Made by a program: the position numbers and the translations under genes. A DNA stretch of 54,190 bases, taken from the IMG/VR virus record IMGVR_UViG_3300046718_000581, positions 1 to 54,190 of that record; one strand, given 5' to 3'. Of the stretch, positions 18,321 to 27,083 are shown piece after piece. The DNA comes from a virus (Duplodnaviria; Caudoviricetes). Position 1 is the first letter of the stretch. The number at the start of each line of letters is the position of its first letter. The notes below the pieces were generated by a model. It did not search any database. It was given only the letters and a program-made list of their open reading frames with translations, and was not told the DNA's origin.

Positions 18321-18548
18321 ATGACCCCGATTCCCTGCCGCCGCTGCGGCACCGCTCTGGAGCGTGGCCCGCGCATGGCGGGCAAGCCGCTCCGCTGGTA
18401 CTGCCCGAACGCGGCCTGCACCACGCACGCGAGCGCGCCGGCCTGGAAGCCGGACCCGATGTGCTCCCGCTGCTGTTCACCGGCCACGTGCCAGGCAGGC
18501 CACGAGCACCTGTGCGCGGCCTGCTCCACCACCAAGGAGGTGCGTTGA
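18321..18548 (+). CDS. Cys-rich zinc-binding protein
   Basis: CRRC, CPNAAC, CSRCC, CAAC; GGAGG RBS. Confidence 0.6.
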   Translation: MTPIPCRRCGTALERGPRMAGKPLRWYCPNAACTTHASAPAWKPDPMCSRCCSPATCQAGHEHLCAACSTTKEVR

Positions 18549-18928
18549 TGGGCTACGAGTACCCGATGGTTCGCGCGCTCGTCGAGCGCATGGGTGGCGT
18601 GATGGACTACTGGGCGCACCCGCCGGGCGGCTACTACCTCATCGGGTTGCATGGCCGGGCGATGGTCGTGCCGGTACCTGATACCCGGGTCAACGTGCTC
18701 GACTCGCTGTACGTCCCCAAGGTGCTGAACCCGACGCACTGGGAGGACTACGGGGACGACTACGGGCGGAACGCGCCGGCGGTCGATGAGTGGGAGTGGA
18801 AGTTCCTTCGCATCATGGACGGCGTCAGCGTGCGCGGGTGGGTGTGCCTCATGCACGGGCTCAACGGGAACGGCAAGCCGCGCGAGGGGAAGCCCTGCAA
18901 CTGCACGAACCTCAACGTGCCGCGCTGA
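18548..18928 (+). CDS. Hypothetical protein
   Basis: AGGAGG RBS and TGATG coupling. Confidence 0.65.
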   Translation: MGYEYPMVRALVERMGGVMDYWAHPPGGYYLIGLHGRAMVVPVPDTRVNVLDSLYVPKVLNPTHWEDYGDDYGRNAPAVDEWEWKFLRIMDGVSVRGWVCLMHGLNGNGKPREGKPCNCTNLNVPR

Positions 18929-19323
18929 TGGGCCGGCCGATGCGCAAGTACACACGGCAGGAGAAGGCGGGCATCCGGGCAGACCGCGCCGAGGGCATGT
19001 CGGTGCGCGATCTGGAGATCAAGTACAAGACGAGCCGCGGTACGCTCATCGCGACGGGGCTCGTGGAACCGGCGGGCCGGCGCCGGCGCAGGAAGGGCTC
19101 GGTCGAGGACGTCAACGCGGCGCTCGACCGCGCAGGCAAGCCGGACAAGTCGGTGCCCCACATGCTGACGTACATCGGCGGGGGTGAGGAACGGACGGAG
19201 GAACACGAGTCGTTGGACCGCGCGCTCGCAGCATGCGCCGGCTACCAACTGGCGGGGGCTGGGTCGCTCCGCTTGTGGCGAGAGGTGAAGTTCAAGGTGA
19301 CCGCAGTGGTCGAGGAGGAATGA
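18928..19323 (+). CDS. HTH DNA-binding protein
   Basis: RKYTRQEK...GMSVRDLEIKYKTSRGTL. Confidence 0.6.
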   Translation: MGRPMRKYTRQEKAGIRADRAEGMSVRDLEIKYKTSRGTLIATGLVEPAGRRRRRKGSVEDVNAALDRAGKPDKSVPHMLTYIGGGEERTEEHESLDRALAACAGYQLAGAGSLRLWREVKFKVTAVVEEE

Positions 19324-19326
19324 GCA

Positions 19327-19833
19327 ATGGCTACGAAGAAGCGAACGAGGCGCCAGGTCATAGACGCTCCGGTGGACATGCCAGTCCGCATCACGAAGAG
19401 GCACATCGAGCGGGCGGTGTGTGGCGACCCGCAATATTGCGTCATCGCTCAGGCTCTTCGGGAAGCTCTGTCGGTGAACGTGGCCACCGGTACCTTGGAG
19501 AAGGTGGAGGTCGGCTCACGCATCACGAAGGTTTACGTTACCAACAAAGAGATCAGGTACGCGACGCCACCAGCGTTCACGCAGTCGATTCGCGTTTTCG
19601 ATGTGACGGGTCAGTGGGAATTGCCCTCCGGGGAGTATGCGCTCATCGCGCCTCCCAAGAGTCTGCGGCTGGGCTACAAACCGCCGCCGCACAAGCAGGG
19701 CAAGAAACGGAACCTGGACCCCAGCCGGATGAGCAACCACCGACCACGGCTCTCGACGACGCGGACAGTAACGCGGGCAGGGGCGTACACCAAGAGCGCT
19801 GCGCAGCGGGCGAAAAAGGGAGGCGCGAAGTGA
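19327..19833 (+). CDS. Basic hypothetical protein
   Basis: GAGGA RBS; coupled to neighbours. Confidence 0.65.
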   Translation: MATKKRTRRQVIDAPVDMPVRITKRHIERAVCGDPQYCVIAQALREALSVNVATGTLEKVEVGSRITKVYVTNKEIRYATPPAFTQSIRVFDVTGQWELPSGEYALIAPPKSLRLGYKPPPHKQGKKRNLDPSRMSNHRPRLSTTRTVTRAGAYTKSAAQRAKKGGAK

Positions 19834-20165
19834 GGCTGAAGTTCGTGCAGAAGGTGTCGTTCCGGTCGAGCGAGCAATCCAACTGGCTGGCGTTCACGCG
19901 TTCGCACCGGGACGTGGCTGCGACACTCCGCGAGGGGGACGCCATCTGTTTCCTCTCGCAGGGTGAGGACCAGATCGTGTTCGTCCACGGCTTCGACGCC
20001 TGGGAGGACGAGGCGGGCAAGACGGTGCAGGTGCTGGCGACCAGCCGGCTCCGCATCTCCACCAAGTGGGACCCGCTCATGCTGGCGAACTACGCGGAGA
20101 AGGTGGGGCTGAGGCTCGATGGGCTGAAGCGGTTCGAGGATTATTTTAAGGAGCTAACAAAATGA
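19830..20165 (+). CDS. Hypothetical protein
   Basis: GGGAGG RBS, GTGA overlap. Confidence 0.6.
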   Translation: MRLKFVQKVSFRSSEQSNWLAFTRSHRDVAATLREGDAICFLSQGEDQIVFVHGFDAWEDEAGKTVQVLATSRLRISTKWDPLMLANYAEKVGLRLDGLKRFEDYFKELTK

Positions 20166-21547
20166 CCGACGACGTGCGGACGGCAGCGCAGGCGGCGTTC
20201 TCCGAGAGCGAGGTGAGCGGGGATGACCGCGAGTCCTCCCTCAAGAAGAAGGAGAACCGTGTTCGCTTGTGGGGCTTCGTCAAGGCAGCCACCGACAACC
20301 TGATGCACCCGCGCATCATGATCATCGGCGGCGACGACCGCACGTTGCAACTCAACTGGCCGCACAACTGGAAGGTCAGCCACTACGACGCCGCCGCCCG
20401 CAACCTGGAGGCCGCGCTGCGGGGCGGCGGCACCGACCTCGTCCTGCTCCTCACTCGATGGGCACCGCGGGCGGCGCGCAAGCTGGTCGACAAGGCACTG
20501 CCGCCGGGTGTCCCGATGCTCCAGTGGGACGGGACGCCCGTGCGGTTCGTGCAGGAGGTGAACAAGCTGAGCGGGCGCGAGGACGTGCCGGCGGAGTTCA
20601 ACTGGCCGCCCCAGGTGCTCAAGGCCAAGACGGTGAAGGAGCTGTTACGCGCGCTGCTCTCGGTGCTCGACATGGTCTCACCAGATACGCACCCGTGCGT
20701 CGAGAACATGATCATCCTCTGCCGCGGGATGCGCGAGGCGGTGCCGGTGCTCCGCCCGCTGAACGACGAGAAGCTGGAGGACATGGTGCGCGGAGCCTGG
20801 GCGGCCATCCAGTACGCCGAGCACGCGAAGGAGGTGGCGAAGGAGGTGGCGAAGGAGAAGGCCAAGCTGCTGGCCGAGGAGGAAGTCGCGAAGCCGAAGA
20901 GGTTCAAGCCCGAGGACGTGAAGGCCGCCGCACTGGCGACGCCGGCCCACCCGGAGGACCCGGGGAGTGAACCACACACCATCGTGGAGGAGACCGTGTC
21001 GCCGAAGAAACCGAAAGACCCTGAGTTCGAGAACGCCTACAAGGCGGTGGGTGCCCTGGTGAGTGACAGCAAGCGGAAGGATGCGTGGACCAAGGACGAG
21101 CTGGAGATGCTCATCGCAGCGTGGGAGGAGGCCCGCAGTGACGCCGATGCGCTGCTCGGGAACCTGCGAACCCTGGGCTCCAAGCGGAGCGTGACCAGCA
21201 TCCTGTTCCAGATTCAGCGGGTGGCCTCAGTGGTCGGGCTGAAGGTGCCGCAGGCTGTCATCGACCGGCTGCGAGACCTGAGCCTGGACGACCGCAAGAA
21301 GTCGACGCTGGGCATCGTGGAGTTCATCGAGCGCAAGGCCGGCTCGACTGGGCTCGGCGATGCCGACGTGCAGGAGGCGCGCGAGAAGATGTGGAATGAG
21401 TCGTTCGCTGCACCGGGCGCCCTGACCACCGGGTCGGCCGACAAGTTCCGGGCGCTCGTGGCCTACGTCGTCCAGGGCGTCGAGCTTGGGTTGGAGACCA
21501 AGGACATGGCGTTCGACAAGATCGCAGCCCTCGTCAAGAGGGCGTAG
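20162..21547 (+). CDS. Multi-domain hypothetical protein with a Myb/SANT-like repeat
   Basis: IMIIGG...DLVLLLTRW alpha/beta unit; WTKDELEMLI...RSVTSI. Confidence 0.55.
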   Translation: MTDDVRTAAQAAFSESEVSGDDRESSLKKKENRVRLWGFVKAATDNLMHPRIMIIGGDDRTLQLNWPHNWKVSHYDAAARNLEAALRGGGTDLVLLLTRWAPRAARKLVDKALPPGVPMLQWDGTPVRFVQEVNKLSGREDVPAEFNWPPQVLKAKTVKELLRALLSVLDMVSPDTHPCVENMIILCRGMREAVPVLRPLNDEKLEDMVRGAWAAIQYAEHAKEVAKEVAKEKAKLLAEEEVAKPKRFKPEDVKAAALATPAHPEDPGSEPHTIVEETVSPKKPKDPEFENAYKAVGALVSDSKRKDAWTKDELEMLIAAWEEARSDADALLGNLRTLGSKRSVTSILFQIQRVASVVGLKVPQAVIDRLRDLSLDDRKKSTLGIVEFIERKAGSTGLGDADVQEAREKMWNESFAAPGALTTGSADKFRALVAYVVQGVELGLETKDMAFDKIAALVKRA

Positions 21548-21553
21548 TACCAC

Positions 21554-21663
21554 GGGGAGCCGGGCAGGGATTGGGGGTCAGCCCCACCGCGTAGTAGCTG
21601 TCGCTGAGCGGCGAGGCGCGGTGGTGCCCCAGGCCGGGAGGTTCGACTCCTCCCCTCTCCACC
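21554..21663 (+). ncRNA. tRNA-like structured RNA
   Basis: 5' GGGGAG pairs with 3' CTCTCC-ACC; T-arm GGGAGG-TTCGACT-CCTCCC; long internal hairpin; fills the intergenic gap. Confidence 0.6.
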
Positions 21664-21673
21664 GGAGGAACGG

Positions 21674-22108
21674 ATGACGGACAAGCTGAACGAGCGCCTG
21701 CGGCAGTTGACCGACGCGCTCAAGCGCCTCGAACCGGAAGTCGCCGGCGGCCCGCAGGCCCGGCGCAACGCGCGCAACCGCGTGCTGACGGTGCTCCGGC
21801 TGGTGCGCCAGTACGTCGAGGAGTACCACCCGGTCGAGCGCCGGGCGCCCAAGCCGCGCCGCAAGCGGGCGGCCAAGCCCTGGAGGGCAGAGCGCCTTGT
21901 CTTCGTGGCGACGCCTATCGCGCAGAAGCTCGCGGCGGCTGGCGTGCGCCTCAAGCTCAAGGACACACGCGCCGCCATCCCGGGATGGGCGTACGACCTC
22001 ATCAAGCTCGACCCAACCATCGCGCAATTGCGCGAGGCCAACCGCAGCATGACCGCGCGCCGGGCGCTGCTCGCCGAGGCCATGCTGATGGCGGAGCCGA
22101 CATCATGA
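21674..22108 (+). CDS. Basic hypothetical protein
   Basis: GGAGG RBS; ATGA overlap with the helicase. Confidence 0.65.
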   Translation: MTDKLNERLRQLTDALKRLEPEVAGGPQARRNARNRVLTVLRLVRQYVEEYHPVERRAPKPRRKRAAKPWRAERLVFVATPIAQKLAAAGVRLKLKDTRAAIPGWAYDLIKLDPTIAQLREANRSMTARRALLAEAMLMAEPTS

Positions 22109-23466
22109 TCATCAGCGTCGACAACGTGGAGGCCGCGTTCGCCGAGGCCACCATGGAGGAACGCACCTTCGTGCGGGACTACCTGACGGTGCGCGAGAAG
22201 GCGTACACCCCAGCCAAGGGGCACCACTACCGGTACACCCAGTTGCTGCACGCGGGCCGGTTTCCCGCTGGGCTCGCGGGCATGGTGCGCAAGGCAGGCG
22301 AGGCCGAGGGGCTGGTGGTGCGACTGGTCGACACCCGCGCGCGGCCATGCAGCCCTGACCTCGTGGCGAACCTGGACTGGCTGCGCCCCTACCAGCGGGC
22401 GGCGGTCGAGGCGTGCATCGCGCAGACACGGGGCATCGTTCACGCTCCCACGGGTGCGGGCAAGACGGAGGTGTTTGGTGGCGTGACCACGGCGCTGCCC
22501 TGCCGTTGGCTGATGCTCGTCCACCGCAACGGGCTGGTGCGGGACGCGGCCGACCGCGCAGAGCTACGCACGGGCGAGCCTGTCGGCCGCATCGGCGAGG
22601 GATTCTGGACAGACTTCACCCACTACCGCGTCATCTGCGCATCGTTCCAGACCCTGGCCGCCAAGCTGCGCAAGGGCGACGCCGCGGCGCTCGCGCTGCT
22701 GGAGGCGGCCCAAGGCATCATCGTGGACGAGTGCCATACGCTGCCGGCGGCCACCCACTTGAAGGTCGTGGGCGCCGCGGTCAACGCCTACTTCCGCATC
22801 GGCATGTCGGGCACCCCGCTCGACCGCGGGGACTCCAAGGGCGTCGTCACCATTGGCGCGCTCGGTGAAGTGATCTACCGCATCGAGGCCGAGACCCTGG
22901 TGGAGGCCGGCGTCCTGGCCAAGCCGGTCATCCGCATGCACCGGGTGGCGCAGGCGTGGGACCACGCGACGCCCATCGACGACTGGCACGCTGTCTACCG
23001 CAGATACGTGGTCGAAAGTGCGGAGCGCAATCAGGCGGTCGTCGCGGCCGTCCACATCGCGGAGAAGCCCTGCCTCGTGTTCGTGCAGGAGCTTGGCCAT
23101 GGGCGCGCGCTGGAGAAGCTGCTGACGGCGGCCGGGCTGTCGGCGACGTTCGTCCATGGCGCGCACTCCACCGAGTGGCGGCGCTCGCACATCAAGCGCC
23201 TGCAACTCGGACACTTCGACGTCATGGTCGCGAGCATCGTCATGCAAGAGGGCGTCGACATCCCCGACCTGCGGTCGGTGGTCGTGGCGACCGCGGGCAA
23301 GTCGGTCATCGGCGCGCTCCAGCGCATCGGCCGCGGCATGCGCGTGGCGCCGGGCAAGACCACGTTCGAGGTCCACGACATCGACGACGTTGGTGTCACC
23401 GCGCTGGAGACGCAGTCGGCCGCCCGCGCCCGGGCCTACCGGAAAGCCGGCTTCAGCGTCGGCTGA
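22105..23466 (+). CDS. Superfamily 2 helicase (UvsW-like)
   Basis: LRPYQ, APTGAGKT, DECH, SGT, EGVDIP, QRIGR. Confidence 0.92.
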   Translation: MIISVDNVEAAFAEATMEERTFVRDYLTVREKAYTPAKGHHYRYTQLLHAGRFPAGLAGMVRKAGEAEGLVVRLVDTRARPCSPDLVANLDWLRPYQRAAVEACIAQTRGIVHAPTGAGKTEVFGGVTTALPCRWLMLVHRNGLVRDAADRAELRTGEPVGRIGEGFWTDFTHYRVICASFQTLAAKLRKGDAAALALLEAAQGIIVDECHTLPAATHLKVVGAAVNAYFRIGMSGTPLDRGDSKGVVTIGALGEVIYRIEAETLVEAGVLAKPVIRMHRVAQAWDHATPIDDWHAVYRRYVVESAERNQAVVAAVHIAEKPCLVFVQELGHGRALEKLLTAAGLSATFVHGAHSTEWRRSHIKRLQLGHFDVMVASIVMQEGVDIPDLRSVVVATAGKSVIGALQRIGRGMRVAPGKTTFEVHDIDDVGVTALETQSAARARAYRKAGFSVG

Positions 23467-23542
23467 GAAGATTTCGGTAGCCGGCCCGCGGGGCGGTGGG
23501 GTACATCACGCCTGCCACAGTGGTGTGGCTACAAAGCAAAAA

Positions 23543-23656
23543 CCCCAGGCTTTTGGCCTGGGGCTCGCTGCCCTGAAAGAGTCAAAGACGACGGTGAGCC
23601 GGCTTTTCGCTCGTAAGGACTTCCTCCTTCCTAGCAGGGCTGACTCTTTCAGGGCA
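23543..23656. promoter_or_regulatory. Structured leader upstream of primase
   Basis: 8-bp hairpin 23543-23563 with a U-tract on the minus strand; perfect 16-bp inverted repeat at 23569-23584 and 23641-23656. Confidence 0.6.
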
Positions 23657-23710
23657 AGTAAATTTTTGCACCGCCGGGTGGCGAGCGCCGGGCGATGCAG
23701 GAGTACGCCC

Positions 23711-24304
23711 ATGAAGAGCCTGCTAAAAGCCCCTTCGGTTCTGGTGATTGCTGAGCGAGACCGCGCCACTGCGTGGCCGTCGCCCGGCGCGTTGAAGCAC
23801 ACTCTCATGCCCGTTCGCGACGCGCTTATGGGGGCGTTCGATGTCGAAGCCCATATGGCGCTCTACACAGCCGAGTGGGAAGACGGAACCCCGGTGCTGT
23901 ACCGACTCAAAGGGGAAGCTATCGGGCGGGTTCGCAACCTGACAGTCAACTATTTCCACGTTGACGCCGACGCGCCCAAGGCTGTGAAGGAGGCCGGCAA
24001 AGTCGAAGTGTGGAAGCAGGAGGAGCTGCCGAAGTACCTCGCGATGCACGCGGACATGGGCGCGTTCATCTATCACACGATCAACGGCTTCCACACCCAC
24101 GCCCTCATGTCGCCGTTCGCCATTGAAGACGAGCACGACCCGGCGCGGTACTCGGCGATGATGCGCGCGCAAATGGACCACATCAAGCGGCGCTACGACA
24201 TCGACGCGGACCCCAAGTGCGTTGACTGGACGCGTTTGCACCGGTTGCCGCACGGTACTCGCCAGGGCCAAATCCAGATGCTGCCGTTCCTCGGCGATGT
24301 CTAG
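23711..24304 (+). CDS. AEP-type primase-polymerase domain
   Basis: HVDAD (DxD), HTINGFH, D...D..RLHRLP. Confidence 0.65.
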   Translation: MKSLLKAPSVLVIAERDRATAWPSPGALKHTLMPVRDALMGAFDVEAHMALYTAEWEDGTPVLYRLKGEAIGRVRNLTVNYFHVDADAPKAVKEAGKVEVWKQEELPKYLAMHADMGAFIYHTINGFHTHALMSPFAIEDEHDPARYSAMMRAQMDHIKRRYDIDADPKCVDWTRLHRLPHGTRQGQIQMLPFLGDV

Positions 24305-27083
24305 GTCTGGGCTCGGAGTCTGGACAGTACGGCCGTGGGCTGAACCACCGAAGTACACACGCTCTCGGTGGCGCGAGTCGGCGAAGAACATCTCGCTCAA
24401 GCTGGCGGGGCTCGCCGCTGCGAATCTGGTCTGGTCGAACAAGACCCGGCAGGTGGAGGGCGGCGTCGGCTACGCCATCGAGTGTCCGTTCTGCAAGTAC
24501 CACTCGACGAGCGGCGGACTCGACGACACCTCGACGATGTTTTTCGAGGGTGGCAAGTACGCCGGCCGCATCGTGTGCCTCCACGCGTCGTGCGATGGCC
24601 GCCGCCAGGAAGAGTTCTGGGCAGAGGTTGGCCGCCGCACACCCCAGGCCGCGGCGCAGATTGACCAGCTTGAAGACCCGGGCGTCGAACGCCTGCACAA
24701 TCAGCTTGGCGAGCAGGGTGACGGCGTCACGTACCTGCCCATCGACGAAGCGCGCGTCCGACTCGATGACGCCGTGCGCGGCTCACTCGTGCGCAACCGG
24801 GGCACGCTCATCGACGCAACGGCCGGGCTCGGCAAGTCCACGGTGCTTGCCGCGCACATGGCCAAGTCCGAAGACCGCATCGGGTACACGACCAACACCC
24901 ACGCCAACCTCGATCAGTTCGCAGCCAACATCATCTCGGCCGGCCGACTCACCAAGCGATACCGCGGCGTCGGGCAGGTGAAGGACGCGCAGGGCGCCCA
25001 CGAGTGCTTCCGGTTCCACCTGTTCGAGGCTGCCTACGAGGCCGCCGTTCGCAACCCGGCCGCGTCGTTCTGCCCCCCGTGTCCCGTGGTCACCACCTGC
25101 ACCATCAAGAAGCCGGTCGGCCAGGACATTCCCATTGCGCCGCACGCGATGATGGACTCGGTGAAGGGCTCGGGCCTGTTCGTGGTGGACGAGATACCGC
25201 CGTACATCCTCCAGTACGAGTACCCGGCGGACATCTACGAGCAGGCCGTGCTGTCGTCCGACCAGGACGAAGTCGCGCGGGGGCAGTGCAAGCGGCCCGA
25301 CGTCCACTGGGCTGCGGTGAAGGCGTGCCGCGCGTTCGTGCGGATGGTCGAGTCCGGTGATGATGGCGCACGCATGGTGAAGCGGTTCGACAAGGATGGC
25401 CACGTGGCGTCCGTGATGTTCGCGGTGCGGCACACGTTCTGGAAGAACCTGGGGCGTGAGATTGTCGCCGGCGCCCACCTCCCCATCCGCGTCTTGCTTG
25501 CCATGACCGAGAAGCTGCACATCCCGGCGCCCTACGTCGAGGTCATCCGCGTGCAGGACAAGGGGGACAAGGAGGTCTACTACTCCAGTCAGGGCAACCG
25601 CAAAGCCCTCGTGCCCAACGGCGCCCCCGACTACACGCTGTTCCAGCGGCAGCTTGAACTGGCGGCCTCCCGCATCGAGCAGCGCGACGCCCGCGAGATT
25701 CTGCTCGTCACGTACAAGCGCATCGTCACGGGCATCGAGGAGGGCGAGCCCGGCTCACAGAAGTGCGCTGCCCTGCTCGCCCACCTGCGCGCCACCCGTA
25801 CCGTCCACCTGCACTGGTACGGCGGGCTCAAGGGGAGCAACGACTACCTCACGGTCGACGCCTGCGTCTCGATTGCCGACCCGTGGATTAACGTGGAGAC
25901 GGCCGGCCTGGAGGTCGCCATGCTCCACGTCCCCGAGGACATGGACTGGGGCCGGCGCCGCTGCGCGGAAGAACTCATGCAGGTCCACGGCCGCGCCCGC
26001 AACGTCAACCGGTCGGACCACTTCGCCTGGCACCTCCACATCGGGCAGGTCGCGCCGCTCGACTGGACGGATGACGACGTCACCATTACCCAGGGACCCA
26101 AGGGCGGCAAGGCGCACGCGTCCGACCTGCCCGCAGACACCGCCCGGGCCGCGGTCGATGCCGTGGTCCAGGCCGCGGGCTCGGTGGCCAGCGCCGCCCG
26201 CGCTCTGGGCATCACCCCCCAGCACGTGTGCCGCTGTCGGCGCACGGGGCGCATCGGCAAGGCGCTCCTCCGCACCATGAACCTGATGGCCTTGAATCCC
26301 TTTTATAAGGGCATCAGGTTCATCCTCACCTCCCCGTCTGAAGAGCCCGCCACCCAATACGTGAGCGCGGACGTTCCGCTGCCGGCGTCGTCTTCAGTCT
26401 TGACAAGTTCTATCCGAGATACTAATAACGTCGAGCATGAAACACCCGGAGTGGGAGCGTCAATACCTGGGCCGGCAACTGCAACGGATGACGCTCCCCG
26501 AGTTCTGGGAGCGGTACCCGGGCTTCAAGCGGGCGATACTGCCGACGCCTGGCCCGGCCGGGATGCTGGGCCGGTACACGACCGCCCTGATGTCGGGCGG
26601 CGCCGGCTTCCGCGAGACGTGGCACCAGTTCTGGGCAGAGCGCGGCGCGCTCGGCGCGGTCGAGTGGTGGGACCCGGCGGTCGGCTTCCCCTCGATTCTT
26701 CTCTACGACGAGGACAAGCTCGCGGAGTTGCACGCCATCGAGTTGCTGTACCAACTCGACGCGCCGCAGGAGGAACCACTCGACTCTGCGGAGTTCATCC
26801 ACCAGTCGATTGGCCAGGTCTTGCAGCAGTTCATCGGCCGCAAGGTGGGGGAGCGCGAGGCGGTGGCTGTGGTCCGCAACGAGCTGGACCACATGGCCCA
26901 GCAGGGCATCATCGGCGGCTACTCGGTCCAGGTCCGCGCGGACTACCCGCTCGGCGACGTGAGCATCTCGTCCTTGTACTCGTACGAGCGCATCGACATC
27001 AGCGTCGACCTGCAATGGCCGCGCGAACGCGTCGGTCTATCGATCAAGATTCCGTACTGACATCGCGAAGGGGGAGCGGATGA
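24297..27083 (+). CDS. Zinc-finger + helicase-like + HTH replication protein; C-terminal ~260 aa doubtful
   Basis: CPFC..H / CLHASC, ATAGLGKST Walker A, VVDE, QVHGRAR, HTH SVASAARALGIT. Confidence 0.65.
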   Translation: MSRSGLGVWTVRPWAEPPKYTRSRWRESAKNISLKLAGLAAANLVWSNKTRQVEGGVGYAIECPFCKYHSTSGGLDDTSTMFFEGGKYAGRIVCLHASCDGRRQEEFWAEVGRRTPQAAAQIDQLEDPGVERLHNQLGEQGDGVTYLPIDEARVRLDDAVRGSLVRNRGTLIDATAGLGKSTVLAAHMAKSEDRIGYTTNTHANLDQFAANIISAGRLTKRYRGVGQVKDAQGAHECFRFHLFEAAYEAAVRNPAASFCPPCPVVTTCTIKKPVGQDIPIAPHAMMDSVKGSGLFVVDEIPPYILQYEYPADIYEQAVLSSDQDEVARGQCKRPDVHWAAVKACRAFVRMVESGDDGARMVKRFDKDGHVASVMFAVRHTFWKNLGREIVAGAHLPIRVLLAMTEKLHIPAPYVEVIRVQDKGDKEVYYSSQGNRKALVPNGAPDYTLFQRQLELAASRIEQRDAREILLVTYKRIVTGIEEGEPGSQKCAALLAHLRATRTVHLHWYGGLKGSNDYLTVDACVSIADPWINVETAGLEVAMLHVPEDMDWGRRRCAEELMQVHGRARNVNRSDHFAWHLHIGQVAPLDWTDDDVTITQGPKGGKAHASDLPADTARAAVDAVVQAAGSVASAARALGITPQHVCRCRRTGRIGKALLRTMNLMALNPFYKGIRFILTSPSEEPATQYVSADVPLPASSSVLTSSIRDTNNVEHETPGVGASIPGPATATDDAPRVLGAVPGLQAGDTADAWPGRDAGPVHDRPDVGRRRLPRDVAPVLGRARRARRGRVVGPGGRLPLDSSLRRGQARGVARHRVAVPTRRAAGGTTRLCGVHPPVDWPGLAAVHRPQGGGARGGGCGPQRAGPHGPAGHHRRLLGPGPRGLPARRREHLVLVLVRAHRHQRRPAMAARTRRSIDQDSVLTSRRGSG
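26277..26323. repeat. AT-rich inverted repeat
   Basis: ATGAACCTGATG...CATCAGGTTCAT (12 bp) around CCCTTTTATAAGGG. Confidence 0.75.
26437..27060 (+). CDS. Hypothetical protein nested in the preceding ORF's tail
   Basis: Normal GC3-rich codons in this frame; TTGACA at 26400 upstream. Confidence 0.65.
   Translation: MKHPEWERQYLGRQLQRMTLPEFWERYPGFKRAILPTPGPAGMLGRYTTALMSGGAGFRETWHQFWAERGALGAVEWWDPAVGFPSILLYDEDKLAELHAIELLYQLDAPQEEPLDSAEFIHQSIGQVLQQFIGRKVGEREAVAVVRNELDHMAQQGIIGGYSVQVRADYPLGDVSISSLYSYERIDISVDLQWPRERVGLSIKIPY

Noticed and set aside
21572-21586. tRNA-Sec (TCA inside GGGG-GTCAG-CCCC)
   Set aside because: Loop size and arm layout do not fit tRNA-Sec; no in-frame TGA seen in conserved genes
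24302-24304. TAG readthrough or stop-codon reassignment
   Set aside because: The same frame hits TGA about 13 codons later; TAG and TGA end many genes normally
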